Below, piece after piece: positions 20,299 to 29,093 of a stretch of 64,000 bases of DNA (its first letter is position 1; every line of letters starts with the position of its first letter). Under the pieces are notes generated by a model. That model was not told the DNA's origin, did no database searches, and saw only the letters and a list, made by a program, of their open reading frames with translations. This DNA is from an uncultured delta proteobacterium (lineage in GTDB: Bacteria; Desulfobacterota; Syntrophia; Syntrophales; UBA2192). A program made the translations under genes and the position numbers. The stretch spans positions 13,754-77,753 of the forward strand of contig CAVPJD010000032.1 in assembly GCA_963705165.1 (NCBI GenBank), written 5' to 3'.

Positions 20299-21129
20299 AT
20301 GAAAAAAATAATCGTCTTGTCATGCTTGGTAGCCTGTATCTTCGTCATGCCGGTGCTCGCCGCAGCGGAATACATGTTGTTGGGTACAACGGGTGTGGGT
20401 AGCGAAGTAAGTGAACTTGTTGAAATTAATCCTGCGACTGGTGCCTTGGTTCGTACCATTGGTTCCGTCGGCTACACGGTTAATGGCTTGACCTATGATG
20501 CAACTACAGGAAAACTTTATGGGTCAACCGCCATTAAAGATCCCAAGTACAATGGTCTGATCGAAATCAACATGTCGACGGGAGCAGGCACTCCAATTGG
20601 CACAGCTGGTTGGGGTTTAACCGTTAGCGGTGCTAATGCCGTGACAAATGTCACTGTCAGCTCCACGGGGGCAATGTTCGGCTGGTGGGATCCAAGCGAG
20701 GATGATCTTGTCAGAATTGACAAAGCCACCGGCATTGCGACACGAGTGGGGGAATCCGGTATTGGTACCGCTGTAAATGGACTGTCTTTCAGCGGAACAG
20801 ATGTTCTTTACATGGTCAATGGCGGAGGCGATGTATACACTATCAACATAGCTACCGGTGAGGCGACTTATGTTGGTAATATCGGGAGTATAGCTCATCA
20901 TGGAGATTTCGATCCTGCAACTGGACTCTGGTATGGTATCAATTTGTCACAAACTGGCCCGAAGTCACTGGTCCTGGCGAATCTTTCAACCCTTGAATAC
21001 ACAGCGCTGTCAACAGTAGACAATCTCCATACGCTTACATTCGTGCCTGCGAGCGTGCCCGAGCCCACAACAATGCTTCTGTTCGGGTTGGGACTTCTGG
21101 GTTTGGCGGGGTTTAGAAAAAGAAACTAA
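20299..21129 (+). CDS. PEP-CTERM sorting-domain secreted protein, beta-propeller-like repeats
   Basis: Signal peptide; repeated L..I...TG..T.IG blades; VPEPTTMLLFGLGLLGLAGFRKRN. Confidence 0.92.
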   Translation: MKKIIVLSCLVACIFVMPVLAAAEYMLLGTTGVGSEVSELVEINPATGALVRTIGSVGYTVNGLTYDATTGKLYGSTAIKDPKYNGLIEINMSTGAGTPIGTAGWGLTVSGANAVTNVTVSSTGAMFGWWDPSEDDLVRIDKATGIATRVGESGIGTAVNGLSFSGTDVLYMVNGGGDVYTINIATGEATYVGNIGSIAHHGDFDPATGLWYGINLSQTGPKSLVLANLSTLEYTALSTVDNLHTLTFVPASVPEPTTMLLFGLGLLGLAGFRKRN

Positions 21130-21151
21130 GAACAAAAAACAGACTGGAAAG

Positions 21152-21183
21152 AAGAAGGCAGGGCCGAACGCCCTGCCTTCTTT
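21152..21183. terminator. AAGGCAGGGC-loop-GCCCTGCCTT bidirectional terminator
   Basis: Perfect stem between convergent genes; followed by CACTRGC/CACTGAC heptamers at 21188-21218. Confidence 0.8.
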
Positions 21184-21230
21184 CTTACACTAGCCACTGG
21201 CCACTAATCACTGACCACTCTGGGTGAAAC

Positions 21231-21938
21231 TTACGTTTCGCCCAAATACGCCTTCTTCACCCTCTCATCGCTGAGCAGATCTTTCCCCGTTCCCTCCAGG
21301 ACGATCTCGCCCGTTTCCAGCACGTAGCCGTAGTCGGCCACGTTGAGGGCGGCCATGGCGTTCTGCTCGATGAGCAGGATCGTGGTGCCCTCTTCGTGAA
21401 TCTTGCGGATGACGCGGAAGACCTCGCGGATGAGAAGCGGGGCAAGCCCAAGTGACGGCTCGTCGAGCAGGAGCAGCTTCGGCCGCGACATGAGGGCGCG
21501 GCCCAGGGCGAGCATCTGCTGCTCGCCGCCCGAAAGGGTCGCCGCCGGCTGCTCGCGTCGCTCCAGCAGGCGCGGGAAGGTCTCGAAGATCCACTCGATG
21601 TCGCGCTCGATTTCCTTTTTATCGGAGCGCCCGTAGGCCCCCATCAGCAGATTTTCATAAACGCTTAGATTAACGAAGACGCGCCGGCCCTCGGGGGCCA
21701 TGGCAATGCCCTCACGGGCGATGCGGTGGGGGGCGATGCCGGTGATGGGGCGCCCCAGGTATCGGATCGTCCCGCTCGTGGCGGGCACGAGGCCGCAGAC
21801 GGTTCTCAGCAGGGTGCTTTTCCCCGCGCCGTTTGCGCCGACAAGGGTGACGACCTTCTCTTCCGGCACATGGAGAGTGACGTTTTTCAGCGCGTGGATG
21901 CCGCCATAGTGGACGTTCAGGCCCTCGACCCTAAGCAA
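21231..21938 (-). CDS. livF: Branched-chain amino acid ABC transporter ATP-binding protein
   Basis: GANGAGKST, LSGGEQQMLA, DEPSLGLAP, EQNA. Confidence 0.93.
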   Translation of the reverse strand: MLRVEGLNVHYGGIHALKNVTLHVPEEKVVTLVGANGAGKSTLLRTVCGLVPATSGTIRYLGRPITGIAPHRIAREGIAMAPEGRRVFVNLSVYENLLMGAYGRSDKKEIERDIEWIFETFPRLLERREQPAATLSGGEQQMLALGRALMSRPKLLLLDEPSLGLAPLLIREVFRVIRKIHEEGTTILLIEQNAMAALNVADYGYVLETGEIVLEGTGKDLLSDERVKKAYLGET

Positions 21939-22702
21939 GCTGCACCTCCCCCAGATAGGCCTCGATGACCCTGGGATTGTTCTGAATCTCGTGGGGTGTT
22001 CCCTCGGCGATGGTGGTGCCGTAGTCGAGCACCTTGAGCCGCTCGCAGATCTCCATGACGAACTTCATGTCGTGCTCGATGAGGAACACCGTGAGGTCGT
22101 AGTCCTTCCGGAGCTTCAGGATGAGCTGCAGCAGGTCCTGCGTCTCGTTGGGGTTCATCCCCGCGGCCGGCTCGTCGAGCAGAAGAAGCTGCGGCCCCGT
22201 GGCCAGAGCCCGGGCGATCTCGAGGCGCCGCTGCTTGCCGTAGGGCAGCGATGTGGACATCTCCCGGGCCACGTCCTCGAGGCCCACTTCCTTCAGGAGG
22301 TTCATGGCCCCCTCGACCATCATCTTCTCCTCGCGGCGATAGAGCGGAAATCTCAGGGTTGCCCCGAGGAACGTGGAGCGGATTCGGCAGTGATAGCCGA
22401 TCATCACGTTCTCGATGACGGAGAGCTCCGAGAAGAGCCGGATGTTCTGGAAGGTCCGGGCGATGCCGGCCTTCGTGATCCGGTTGGCCTTCAGGCCGCC
22501 GATGGGGTTGCCCTGGTAGCGGATCGTGCCTTCCGTGGGCGTGTAGTAGCCGGCGATCATGTTGAAGACGGTCGTCTTGCCTGCGCCGTTCGGGCCGATG
22601 AGGCCGACGATCTCGCTTTTTCTCCAGGGCGAGGTCGAAGTCATTGACGGCAACGAGGCCGCCGAACTTCATGGTGATATGTTCCACCGACAAGAGAGCC
22701 AT
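21931..22702 (-). CDS. livG: Branched-chain amino acid ABC transporter ATP-binding protein, with an apparent +1 frameshift (~22620)
   Basis: MALLSVEHITMKFGGL in one frame; GPNGAGKTT, LPYGKQRRLEIARAL, DEPAAGMN in another; extra A in an A5 run. Confidence 0.88.
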
Positions 22703-23748
22703 CAGGAGCGACCTCCCATGCCGAGTTTCCTGCACACCCAGTTCCAGTTGAACTCCCGGGTGCCCATGAGACCCTGCCGCGCGAAGATCATGATCAGGAC
22801 GAGGATGACGGAGAAGATGACCATCCGCATGCCGGGGATGCCGGGGATGTCGATGAACCCGAGATCCATGGGCTCCTCGACAAACCGCAGCGCCTCGCCG
22901 CCCCAGGTGAAGAGGATGGCCGCGATGACGGCCCCGGTGGTGCTGCCGAGCCCCCCTGCGACGATGATGATCAGCAGGTTGAAGGTCAGGAAGAAGGTGA
23001 AGAGGGTCGGCGAGATCGTGGTGATCAGGTGGGCCAGCAGCCCGCCTCCCACCCCCTGGAAGAAGCCGCTCGTCGTGAAGGCGAGCATCTTGTGCCAGTA
23101 GGTGTTGATTCCCACGGCCTCGGCGGCCGCCTGGTCGAACTTGACGGCCTTCATGGCCATGCCGTAGCTGCTGCGGATCATCCGGCCGATGAGGAATACC
23201 GTGATGATGGCGAAACCCCAGGCCCACCAGATGTTCGTGTAGTCGGCGATTCCCTTGAGCCCGAGAGGCCCGTTGGTGATGCTCTGGGTGTTGTTTGCGA
23301 TGACGCGGACCACCTCGCCGAAGCCCAGGGTGACGATAGCCAGGTAGTCCCCGCGGGTCCGGAAGACGGGAAACCCCATCAGGAAAGCGAGCAGGGCCGC
23401 CACGATACCCGCCGCGACAAGCGATACGATGAAGGGCAGCGTGATCACGGAGAGGGGCCAGATGCAGGGCTCGATGATGAAGGAGATCTCCTTTTCCATC
23501 GGTGTGAGGGTCAGCAGGGCCGAGGTATAAGCGCCGATCGCCACGAAGGCATTGGGCGCCAGCGAGAACTGGCCCGTCACGCCGTTGATGAGGTTGTAGC
23601 TCACGGCGAGGATGATGAAGATGGCGATGTTATTGAGGATGCGGATCGTGTAGTCGGAACCCTGCGTGTTGGCGACGTAAAGCAGCGCCAGGAGCACGAC
23701 CGTGCCCGCGATGGAGAGGAGTTGGTTTCTGAAATGATTAGGCTGCAT
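22702..23748 (-). CDS. livM: Branched-chain amino acid ABC transporter permease
   Basis: RTRGDYLAIVTLGFGE, TNGPLG, GGLGS. Confidence 0.9.
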   Translation of the reverse strand: MQPNHFRNQLLSIAGTVVLLALLYVANTQGSDYTIRILNNIAIFIILAVSYNLINGVTGQFSLAPNAFVAIGAYTSALLTLTPMEKEISFIIEPCIWPLSVITLPFIVSLVAAGIVAALLAFLMGFPVFRTRGDYLAIVTLGFGEVVRVIANNTQSITNGPLGLKGIADYTNIWWAWGFAIITVFLIGRMIRSSYGMAMKAVKFDQAAAEAVGINTYWHKMLAFTTSGFFQGVGGGLLAHLITTISPTLFTFFLTFNLLIIIVAGGLGSTTGAVIAAILFTWGGEALRFVEEPMDLGFIDIPGIPGMRMVIFSVILVLIMIFARQGLMGTREFNWNWVCRKLGMGGRS

Positions 23749-23753
23749 GAAAA

Positions 23754-23802
23754 CAGGGTCCAGGGTTAAGGGTACAGGGTCCAGGGTCAAGAGACCAAGG
23801 AC
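23754..23802. repeat. (C/A)AGGGTN heptamer array, arm downstream of the four-helix-bundle gene
   Basis: CAGGGTC CAGGGTT AAGGGTA CAGGGTC CAGGGTC ... Confidence 0.9.
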
Positions 23803-23816
23803 CTTGCTATTCGGTT

Positions 23817-24185
23817 CTATGCGTCAGGCTGTCGCTTCTTCAACGACTGGGACAATTTCCACAACAGTCTGGAAACTTCAGCTCTTGATCCGTACAGTTT
23901 CTCGAACTCGCTTTGAGAAAGATATCCGAGATCCTTTGAAAGAGACAACAGTGTTTCCAGTTCCCCGCATGAACCAAAGGCGATATTCAAGAACTGAACA
24001 TATTCCTTCCTGTGGTTTCGGCAGTATCCCTCGGAAATATTGCAGGGTATCGAAACCGCGCTGCGCCTCATCTGCGAAACGATCCCGAATAACTCTTCTT
24101 TCGGGAATGCCTTTGTGCATTTATAGATGTCAAGTGTAAGCTGATAAGCCTTCTGGTAGGCAATCAGGTCTCTGTAGCTCTGCAT
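23817..24185 (-). CDS. Four-helix-bundle protein (23S rRNA intervening-sequence protein / bAvd-like family), 122 aa
   Basis: SYRDLIAYQKA...FPKEELFGIVSQMRRSAVSIPCNISEG...FLNIAFGSCGELET; AT-rich relative to the liv genes. Confidence 0.92.
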   Translation of the reverse strand: MQSYRDLIAYQKAYQLTLDIYKCTKAFPKEELFGIVSQMRRSAVSIPCNISEGYCRNHRKEYVQFLNIAFGSCGELETLLSLSKDLGYLSQSEFEKLYGSRAEVSRLLWKLSQSLKKRQPDA

Positions 24186-24199
24186 TGATTTTCTTTCTC

Positions 24200-24234
24200 C
24201 ACCCTGTACCCTTAACCCTGGCCCCTGTACCCTG
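24200..24234. repeat. Inverted NACCCT(G/T) heptamer array, arm upstream of the four-helix-bundle gene
   Basis: 24201-24228 is the reverse complement of 23753-23780 with one mismatch. Confidence 0.9.
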
Positions 24235-24235
24235 T

Positions 24236-25123
24236 TTAATCTGGCAACTTGGTGCCCATCAGCCCTGTGGGGCGGAAGAGCAGGATCAGGATCAGCAGGG
24301 CGAAGGCGACGGCGTCGCGGTATCCGGCCAGATCCGGCATCAGGGCCACGAGGAGGATCTCCGCGATCCCCAGAAGAAGCCCGCCCAGCATGGCGCCGGT
24401 GATGTTGCCGATGCCGCCCAGGACGGCCGCCACGAAGGCCTTGAAGCCGGGGATGATGCCCATGAGCGGGTTGATCTCGGGGTAGCGCATGGCCCACATG
24501 ATCCCGCCGGCGGCCGCCGCGGCGGAGCCCACGGCGAAGGTGATCGAGATGATCCGGTTGACGTCCACGCCCATGAGTTTCGTCGTCTCCATGTCGTGGC
24601 TGATGCAGCGCATGGCCCGTCCCGTCTTGGTCCGGTAGATGATGAACAGGACGCCGGAGAGGATGGCCAGGGTCAGCAGGGGCGTCCAGAGGACCAGGGC
24701 CGGGAACATGAGGCCCGCCACCTCGTAGACCTCGCTGAACATGTCGGGGGTTTCGAAGCCCTTGGGGCGCCCGCCGAAGACCACCAGGCCCAGGTTCTCG
24801 AGCAGGAAGGAGACCCCGATGGCCGTGATGAGCGCCGAGATGCGGGGCGCGTTGCGGACCGGCACGTAGGCGCCCTTGTCCATCAGAACACCCAGGGCGG
24901 CCGTGAGCAGGATGGCCACGGCGAAGGAGGCCCACCAGGGGAGGCTGAACATCAGGATGCCGAAGTACGCGAAGTAGCACCCCATCATCATGACGTCGCC
25001 GTGGGCGAAGTTGATGAGCCGGATGATCCCGTAGACCATCGTGTAGCCGATGGCGATGAGCCCGTAGAGGCTCCCCAGGGCCACCCCGTTGATCATCTGC
25101 TGGAGGAAGAACGTCAGTTCCAC
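24236..25123 (-). CDS. livH: Branched-chain amino acid ABC transporter permease
   Basis: GSLYGLIAIGYTMVYGIIRLINFAHGD, KAFVAAVLGGIG, FRPTGLMG. Confidence 0.93.
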   Translation of the reverse strand: MELTFFLQQMINGVALGSLYGLIAIGYTMVYGIIRLINFAHGDVMMMGCYFAYFGILMFSLPWWASFAVAILLTAALGVLMDKGAYVPVRNAPRISALITAIGVSFLLENLGLVVFGGRPKGFETPDMFSEVYEVAGLMFPALVLWTPLLTLAILSGVLFIIYRTKTGRAMRCISHDMETTKLMGVDVNRIISITFAVGSAAAAAGGIMWAMRYPEINPLMGIIPGFKAFVAAVLGGIGNITGAMLGGLLLGIAEILLVALMPDLAGYRDAVAFALLILILLFRPTGLMGTKLPD

Positions 25124-25263
25124 ATGCTGCTCTCTATGGCGAACTTCAATGAAAGCCCCCGGGCTTCCTTACAGTAATCCTGATTTCTGCGGCGCGCAAA
25201 ATATCTTTCCGCAGCAGGCATAGGGCTAAGGGCTTAGGGCTTAGGGCAAAAATCAGGATTTAC

Positions 25264-25296
25264 AAAAGAGGGGCGATTGTCACATCGCCCCTCTTT
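25264..25296 (-). terminator. Hairpin/terminator between livK and livH
   Basis: AAAGAGGGGCGAT..ATCGCCCCTCTTT; AGGGCTW heptamers adjacent at 25221-25247. Confidence 0.65.
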
Positions 25297-25320
25297 GTCA
25301 AATGATCTCCCGCATGCGGG

Positions 25321-26499
25321 TTACTTCTTTTTCGGTGCCGCCTTCTTGGGTTCGGGCTTCGCACCGGCGGGCTCGACGGTGGCCACGTACTGGAAGTCGC
25401 CGTTGCGAACCTGCACGATGACGAGGCTCTTGATGGCGTTGCCGTCCTCGCCGATCGTCATGATGCCGGAGATGCCCTTGAAGTTCTTCGTGCTGGCGAG
25501 GGCCTCGCGGATCTTGGAGCCATCGGTGGACTTGGCGCGCTCGATGGCGTCGGCCAGGACGAAGTACGCATCGGCGCCCATGACGTCGAAGGTGCCGACC
25601 TTGCCGAACTTCTTCTCGTAGAGGGGGATGAACTTCTTGGCCAGATCCGTCTTGGCCGCGGCCTTCTCGAAGTGGCCCGTCAGCATGAGGCCTTCCACGT
25701 ACTGCTTGCCGATGTCGATGAGGGCCTTGTCCTGCGCGCCGTCGCCGGAGAGCACGGGCACGTTCAGGCCGAGATCCTTGGCCTGCTTCATGGCAAGGGC
25801 GACTTCCGTGTAGTAGTTGGGCATGTAGAGCACGTCGGGGTTCTTGGCCTTGATGGCCGACATCTGAGCCGTGAAGTCCTTGTCGCCGGTCTGGCAGTAG
25901 GTCTTCGCCACGATCTGGCCGCCGAGCTTCGTGAAGCTCTTCTCGAAGAAGTCGGCAAGGCCCACGCAGTAGTCCTGCGCCTTGTCGACGATGAGGGCGG
26001 CCTTGCGCTTCCCGAGGGTTTCGTAGGCGTACTTGGCGGCCATCTCACCCTGGAAGGGGTCGATGAAGCACACGCGGAAAATGTACTTCTTGCCCTGCGT
26101 CACGAGAGGGTTGGTGGCCGTGGGCGAGATGATGGGAATTCTGGCTTTCTCCGCGATCGGGGCGCCGGCCATGGTGTTGCCGCTGATGGAGGACCCGATG
26201 ATCGCGACGACTTTCTCCTTCTCGATGAGGCGGCTCACGGCGTTGGCGGCCTCGATCTTGTCGCTCTTGTCATCGGCGAGGACCAACTCGACTTTCTTGC
26301 CGAGGATGGTGGGTTTCATCTCCCGGGCAACCTGAATGCCCTGCCAGGACCCCTGTCCGTATGCGGCCACGCCGCCCGTCATCGGCAGGAACACGCCGAT
26401 CCTGATCGTGTCCGACTTGGCCTGGGAAAATGCGGGGGCCGGCATGGTGAAGGCCAGACCCAGAACCATGAACGCCACCAGTACGTGCTTCATCTTCAT
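25321..26499 (-). CDS. livK: Branched-chain amino acid ABC transporter substrate-binding protein
   Basis: GGAGG RBS; signal peptide; IRIGVFLPMTG, ATNPLVT, FRVCFIDPFQG. Confidence 0.9.
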   Translation of the reverse strand: MKMKHVLVAFMVLGLAFTMPAPAFSQAKSDTIRIGVFLPMTGGVAAYGQGSWQGIQVAREMKPTILGKKVELVLADDKSDKIEAANAVSRLIEKEKVVAIIGSSISGNTMAGAPIAEKARIPIISPTATNPLVTQGKKYIFRVCFIDPFQGEMAAKYAYETLGKRKAALIVDKAQDYCVGLADFFEKSFTKLGGQIVAKTYCQTGDKDFTAQMSAIKAKNPDVLYMPNYYTEVALAMKQAKDLGLNVPVLSGDGAQDKALIDIGKQYVEGLMLTGHFEKAAAKTDLAKKFIPLYEKKFGKVGTFDVMGADAYFVLADAIERAKSTDGSKIREALASTKNFKGISGIMTIGEDGNAIKSLVIVQVRNGDFQYVATVEPAGAKPEPKKAAPKKK

Positions 26500-26632
26500 A
26501 CGCCCTCCTCCTTTTGTCTTGCGCTCTAAGAGATTAAAAGAAAACGTGTGTGGAAATAATAAGGAAATAAACAACCCCGATTGAGGGTTTTCTCTAGCAC
26601 AGGGATTTTGCCTAAGTCAAGCGAAAGCAAGC

Positions 26633-26732
26633 GGGTACAGGGTATAGGGTAAAGGGTAAAGGGTAAAGGGATGGATGCATTATATATTCCCCTGGACCCT
26701 TAACTTGACCCTTGACCCTAGACCCTGGACCC
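26633..26732. repeat. Empty inverted AGGGTAN/ACCCT heptamer element abutting the der stop
   Basis: GGGTACAGGGTATAGGGTAAAGGGTAAA...CCCTTGACCCTAGACCCTGGACCC. Confidence 0.85.
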
Positions 26733-28061
26733 TTAGTCCCTGTCCCGGTGCCGAAGTCGGAAGACGAGCCGGATGGGCACGTTCCCGAAGCCCAGTCCCT
26801 CCCGGATCCGGTTGGCCAGGTAGCGCTGATAGGAGAAGTGGATGGCCTTCGGCTCGCGCACGAAGAAGATGAAGGTGGGCGGCTTCACGGAGGCCTGGGT
26901 GACGTAAACGATTTTGTTGGGGCGATTGCGGTACATGGGCGGTGGGTTTTCGGCCACGAAGGCATTGACTTTCTCGTTGAGCTCCGCCGTAGAGATGCGC
27001 TTCGTGTACTCCGCGTGGGTTGCCTCGATGACGTCGAAGATGCTCGTCACCCGCTGCCCTGTGACGGCCGATACGAAGACGATGGGGGCAAACTGCAGGA
27101 ACTTCAGGGTGTCGCGGATCTTCTCCACGTGCACACCGATCGTGCTGTTGTCCTTTTTGAGCAGGTCCCACTTGTTCACCACGATGATGCAGGCAACCCC
27201 CTTGTCGAGGACGAGCCCGGCGATCTTCGCGTCCTGTTCGGCTATCCCCTGCTCGGCGTCGATGAGCAGAAGGGCGATATCGCAGCGATTGAGCGTTCTC
27301 AGGGCTTCTATGACGCTGTACTTCTCCAGCGTGAGGCTGATCCGGCTTTTCCTGCGGATGCCCGCCGTGTCGACGAGGACATACTTGCGGTCGCGGTACT
27401 CGAAGGGCGTGTCGATGGCGTCCCGCGTCGTTCCCGGCGTCGGGTTCACGATGGTGCGCTCGTAGCCCAGGATCTTGTTGACCAGGGACGATTTGCCAAC
27501 GTTGGGACGGCCCACGACGGCGATCCGGATCACCTCCTGCTCTTCCTCGTCCGTTGCCGGCGGCGCATCGGGAAGAGCCGCAACGACGTCATCCATCAGA
27601 TCGTCGATACCCCGGCCATGCTCGGAGGAGATGGCATGGATCCGGTCGATCCCGAGGCGGTAGAACTCATAGGCGAGGTTGTCGTGTCGGTCCCCGTCGA
27701 TCTTGTTGACGGCATAGAAGACCGGCTTTTTGAATGTACGCAGCAGCTTCGCGATCTCCTCGTCGGCAGGCGTGAGGCCTTCCTTGCCGTCCATCAGGAA
27801 GATGATTAGATCGCTCTGCTCCATGGCGAGCCGAGTCTGCTCGCGCATCTGCATCAGGATTTTTTCCGTCGAAACCGGCTCGAACCCGCCCGTGTCGACG
27901 ATGTCGAAGGCCTTTCCCTGCCAGGTCGCTTCGGTGTAGTTGCGGTCGCGCGTCGCCCCGGGCTCGTCGATGGTGATGGCCTTCTTGCGGTCCGAGAGCC
28001 GGTTGAAGAGCGTCGATTTGCCCACGTTGGGCCGTCCGATGATGGCAATTAAAGGTTTCAT
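26733..28061 (-). CDS. der: Ribosome biogenesis GTPase Der (EngA)
   Basis: Two GRPNVGKS G-domains, DTGG/DTAG, KH-like C-terminus. Confidence 0.97.
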   Translation of the reverse strand: MKPLIAIIGRPNVGKSTLFNRLSDRKKAITIDEPGATRDRNYTEATWQGKAFDIVDTGGFEPVSTEKILMQMREQTRLAMEQSDLIIFLMDGKEGLTPADEEIAKLLRTFKKPVFYAVNKIDGDRHDNLAYEFYRLGIDRIHAISSEHGRGIDDLMDDVVAALPDAPPATDEEEQEVIRIAVVGRPNVGKSSLVNKILGYERTIVNPTPGTTRDAIDTPFEYRDRKYVLVDTAGIRRKSRISLTLEKYSVIEALRTLNRCDIALLLIDAEQGIAEQDAKIAGLVLDKGVACIIVVNKWDLLKKDNSTIGVHVEKIRDTLKFLQFAPIVFVSAVTGQRVTSIFDVIEATHAEYTKRISTAELNEKVNAFVAENPPPMYRNRPNKIVYVTQASVKPPTFIFFVREPKAIHFSYQRYLANRIREGLGFGNVPIRLVFRLRHRDRD

Positions 28062-28066
28062 AGAAT

Positions 28067-28205
28067 CAGGGTCCAGGGTTAAGGGTTAAGGGTTAAGGGG
28101 CCAGGGGACTGGGTCAAGGGTCCAGGGTTAAGAGTCAAGGGTCAAGGATTATGGGAAAAGTTTCTTTTTTCCCCTGTACCCTTTACCCGTGTACCCTGAA
28201 CCCTA
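28067..28205. repeat. Empty inverted AGGGTNN/ACCCT heptamer element filling the era-der junction
   Basis: About 11 degenerate AGGGTYN units, a short spacer, then about 5 ACCCT units ending in the era stop. Confidence 0.9.
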
Positions 28206-29093
28206 TTTATCCGAGTATCCAAACTCCTTGAGCCACTTGGCGTCTTTTGTCCAATCTTTTCGCACGCGGACGAAAAGTTCCAGGAAGATTTTCGCGGCGA
28301 AGAACTTCTCCATCTCCAGGCGGGCCTGGGTGCCGATCTCCTTGAGCATCTTCCCGCCCTTGCCGATGAGGATGCCCTTCTGGGAGTCCTTCTCCACGGT
28401 GATCGTGGCCGCGATCCGGATCAGGTTCTTTTCCTCGTCCTCCTTGAACGAATCGACGGTGACGGCCGTGGCGTAGGGAATTTCCCTGTGGGTGAGCAGC
28501 AGGATCTTCTCCCGGACGATTTCGGCGGCGATGAAGCGCTCCGTGTTGTCCGTGAACATGTCGTCGGGGAAAAACTTCGGCCCCTCGGGCAGGGCCTCCC
28601 GGATAAGCTCGAGAAGACGGTCCACCCCGTTGCCGCGTGCGGCCGACACGGGAACGATTTCACGGAATTCATATAGACCGCGGAAGCGGTCGATCAGCGG
28701 CAGCAGGATCGGTTTGGCCACCAGGTCGATCTTGTTGATGACGAGAAATACGGGGACGCCTGCCTCCCGCATGCTCTCGATAATTAGGCCGTCGTCCGGG
28801 TCGTAGCCGCGGTCCGCCTCGATGAGAAACAGGATCAGGTCGACCTCGCTGAAGGTGCTCGTCGCCGCATTCACCATGTAGCGGTTCAGGGGCGTCTTTG
28901 CCCGGTGGATGCCCGGCGTGTCCAGGAAGATGAACTGCCCGTCGTCGGCGTTCAGGATTCCCGTGATCTTGTTTCTCGTCGTCTGGGGCTTGCTGCTCGT
29001 GATGGCGATCTTTTCGCCCAGGATCGCATTCAGGAGCGTGGATTTGCCCACGTTGGGCCGTCCGGCGATGGCGATGAATCCCGATTTAAACAA
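28203..29093 (-). CDS. era: GTPase Era
   Basis: FKSGFIAIAGRPNVGKST, KPQTTR, DTPG, NKID, KH domain; TTG start after GGAGG. Confidence 0.97.
   Translation of the reverse strand: MFKSGFIAIAGRPNVGKSTLLNAILGEKIAITSSKPQTTRNKITGILNADDGQFIFLDTPGIHRAKTPLNRYMVNAATSTFSEVDLILFLIEADRGYDPDDGLIIESMREAGVPVFLVINKIDLVAKPILLPLIDRFRGLYEFREIVPVSAARGNGVDRLLELIREALPEGPKFFPDDMFTDNTERFIAAEIVREKILLLTHREIPYATAVTVDSFKEDEEKNLIRIAATITVEKDSQKGILIGKGGKMLKEIGTQARLEMEKFFAAKIFLELFVRVRKDWTKDAKWLKEFGYSDK

Noticed and set aside
19658..24185. Diversity-generating retroelement (bAvd-like gene plus a duplicated gene 3' end as TR/VR)
   Set aside because: No reverse transcriptase in the window. Differences between the livF copies are mostly synonymous and not adenine-specific, and LivF is not a plausible target.
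23817..24980. 387-aa ORF as a large fusion protein
   Set aside because: Its N-terminal part is an off-frame shadow of livH plus translated repeats; only 23817-24185 is a real gene.
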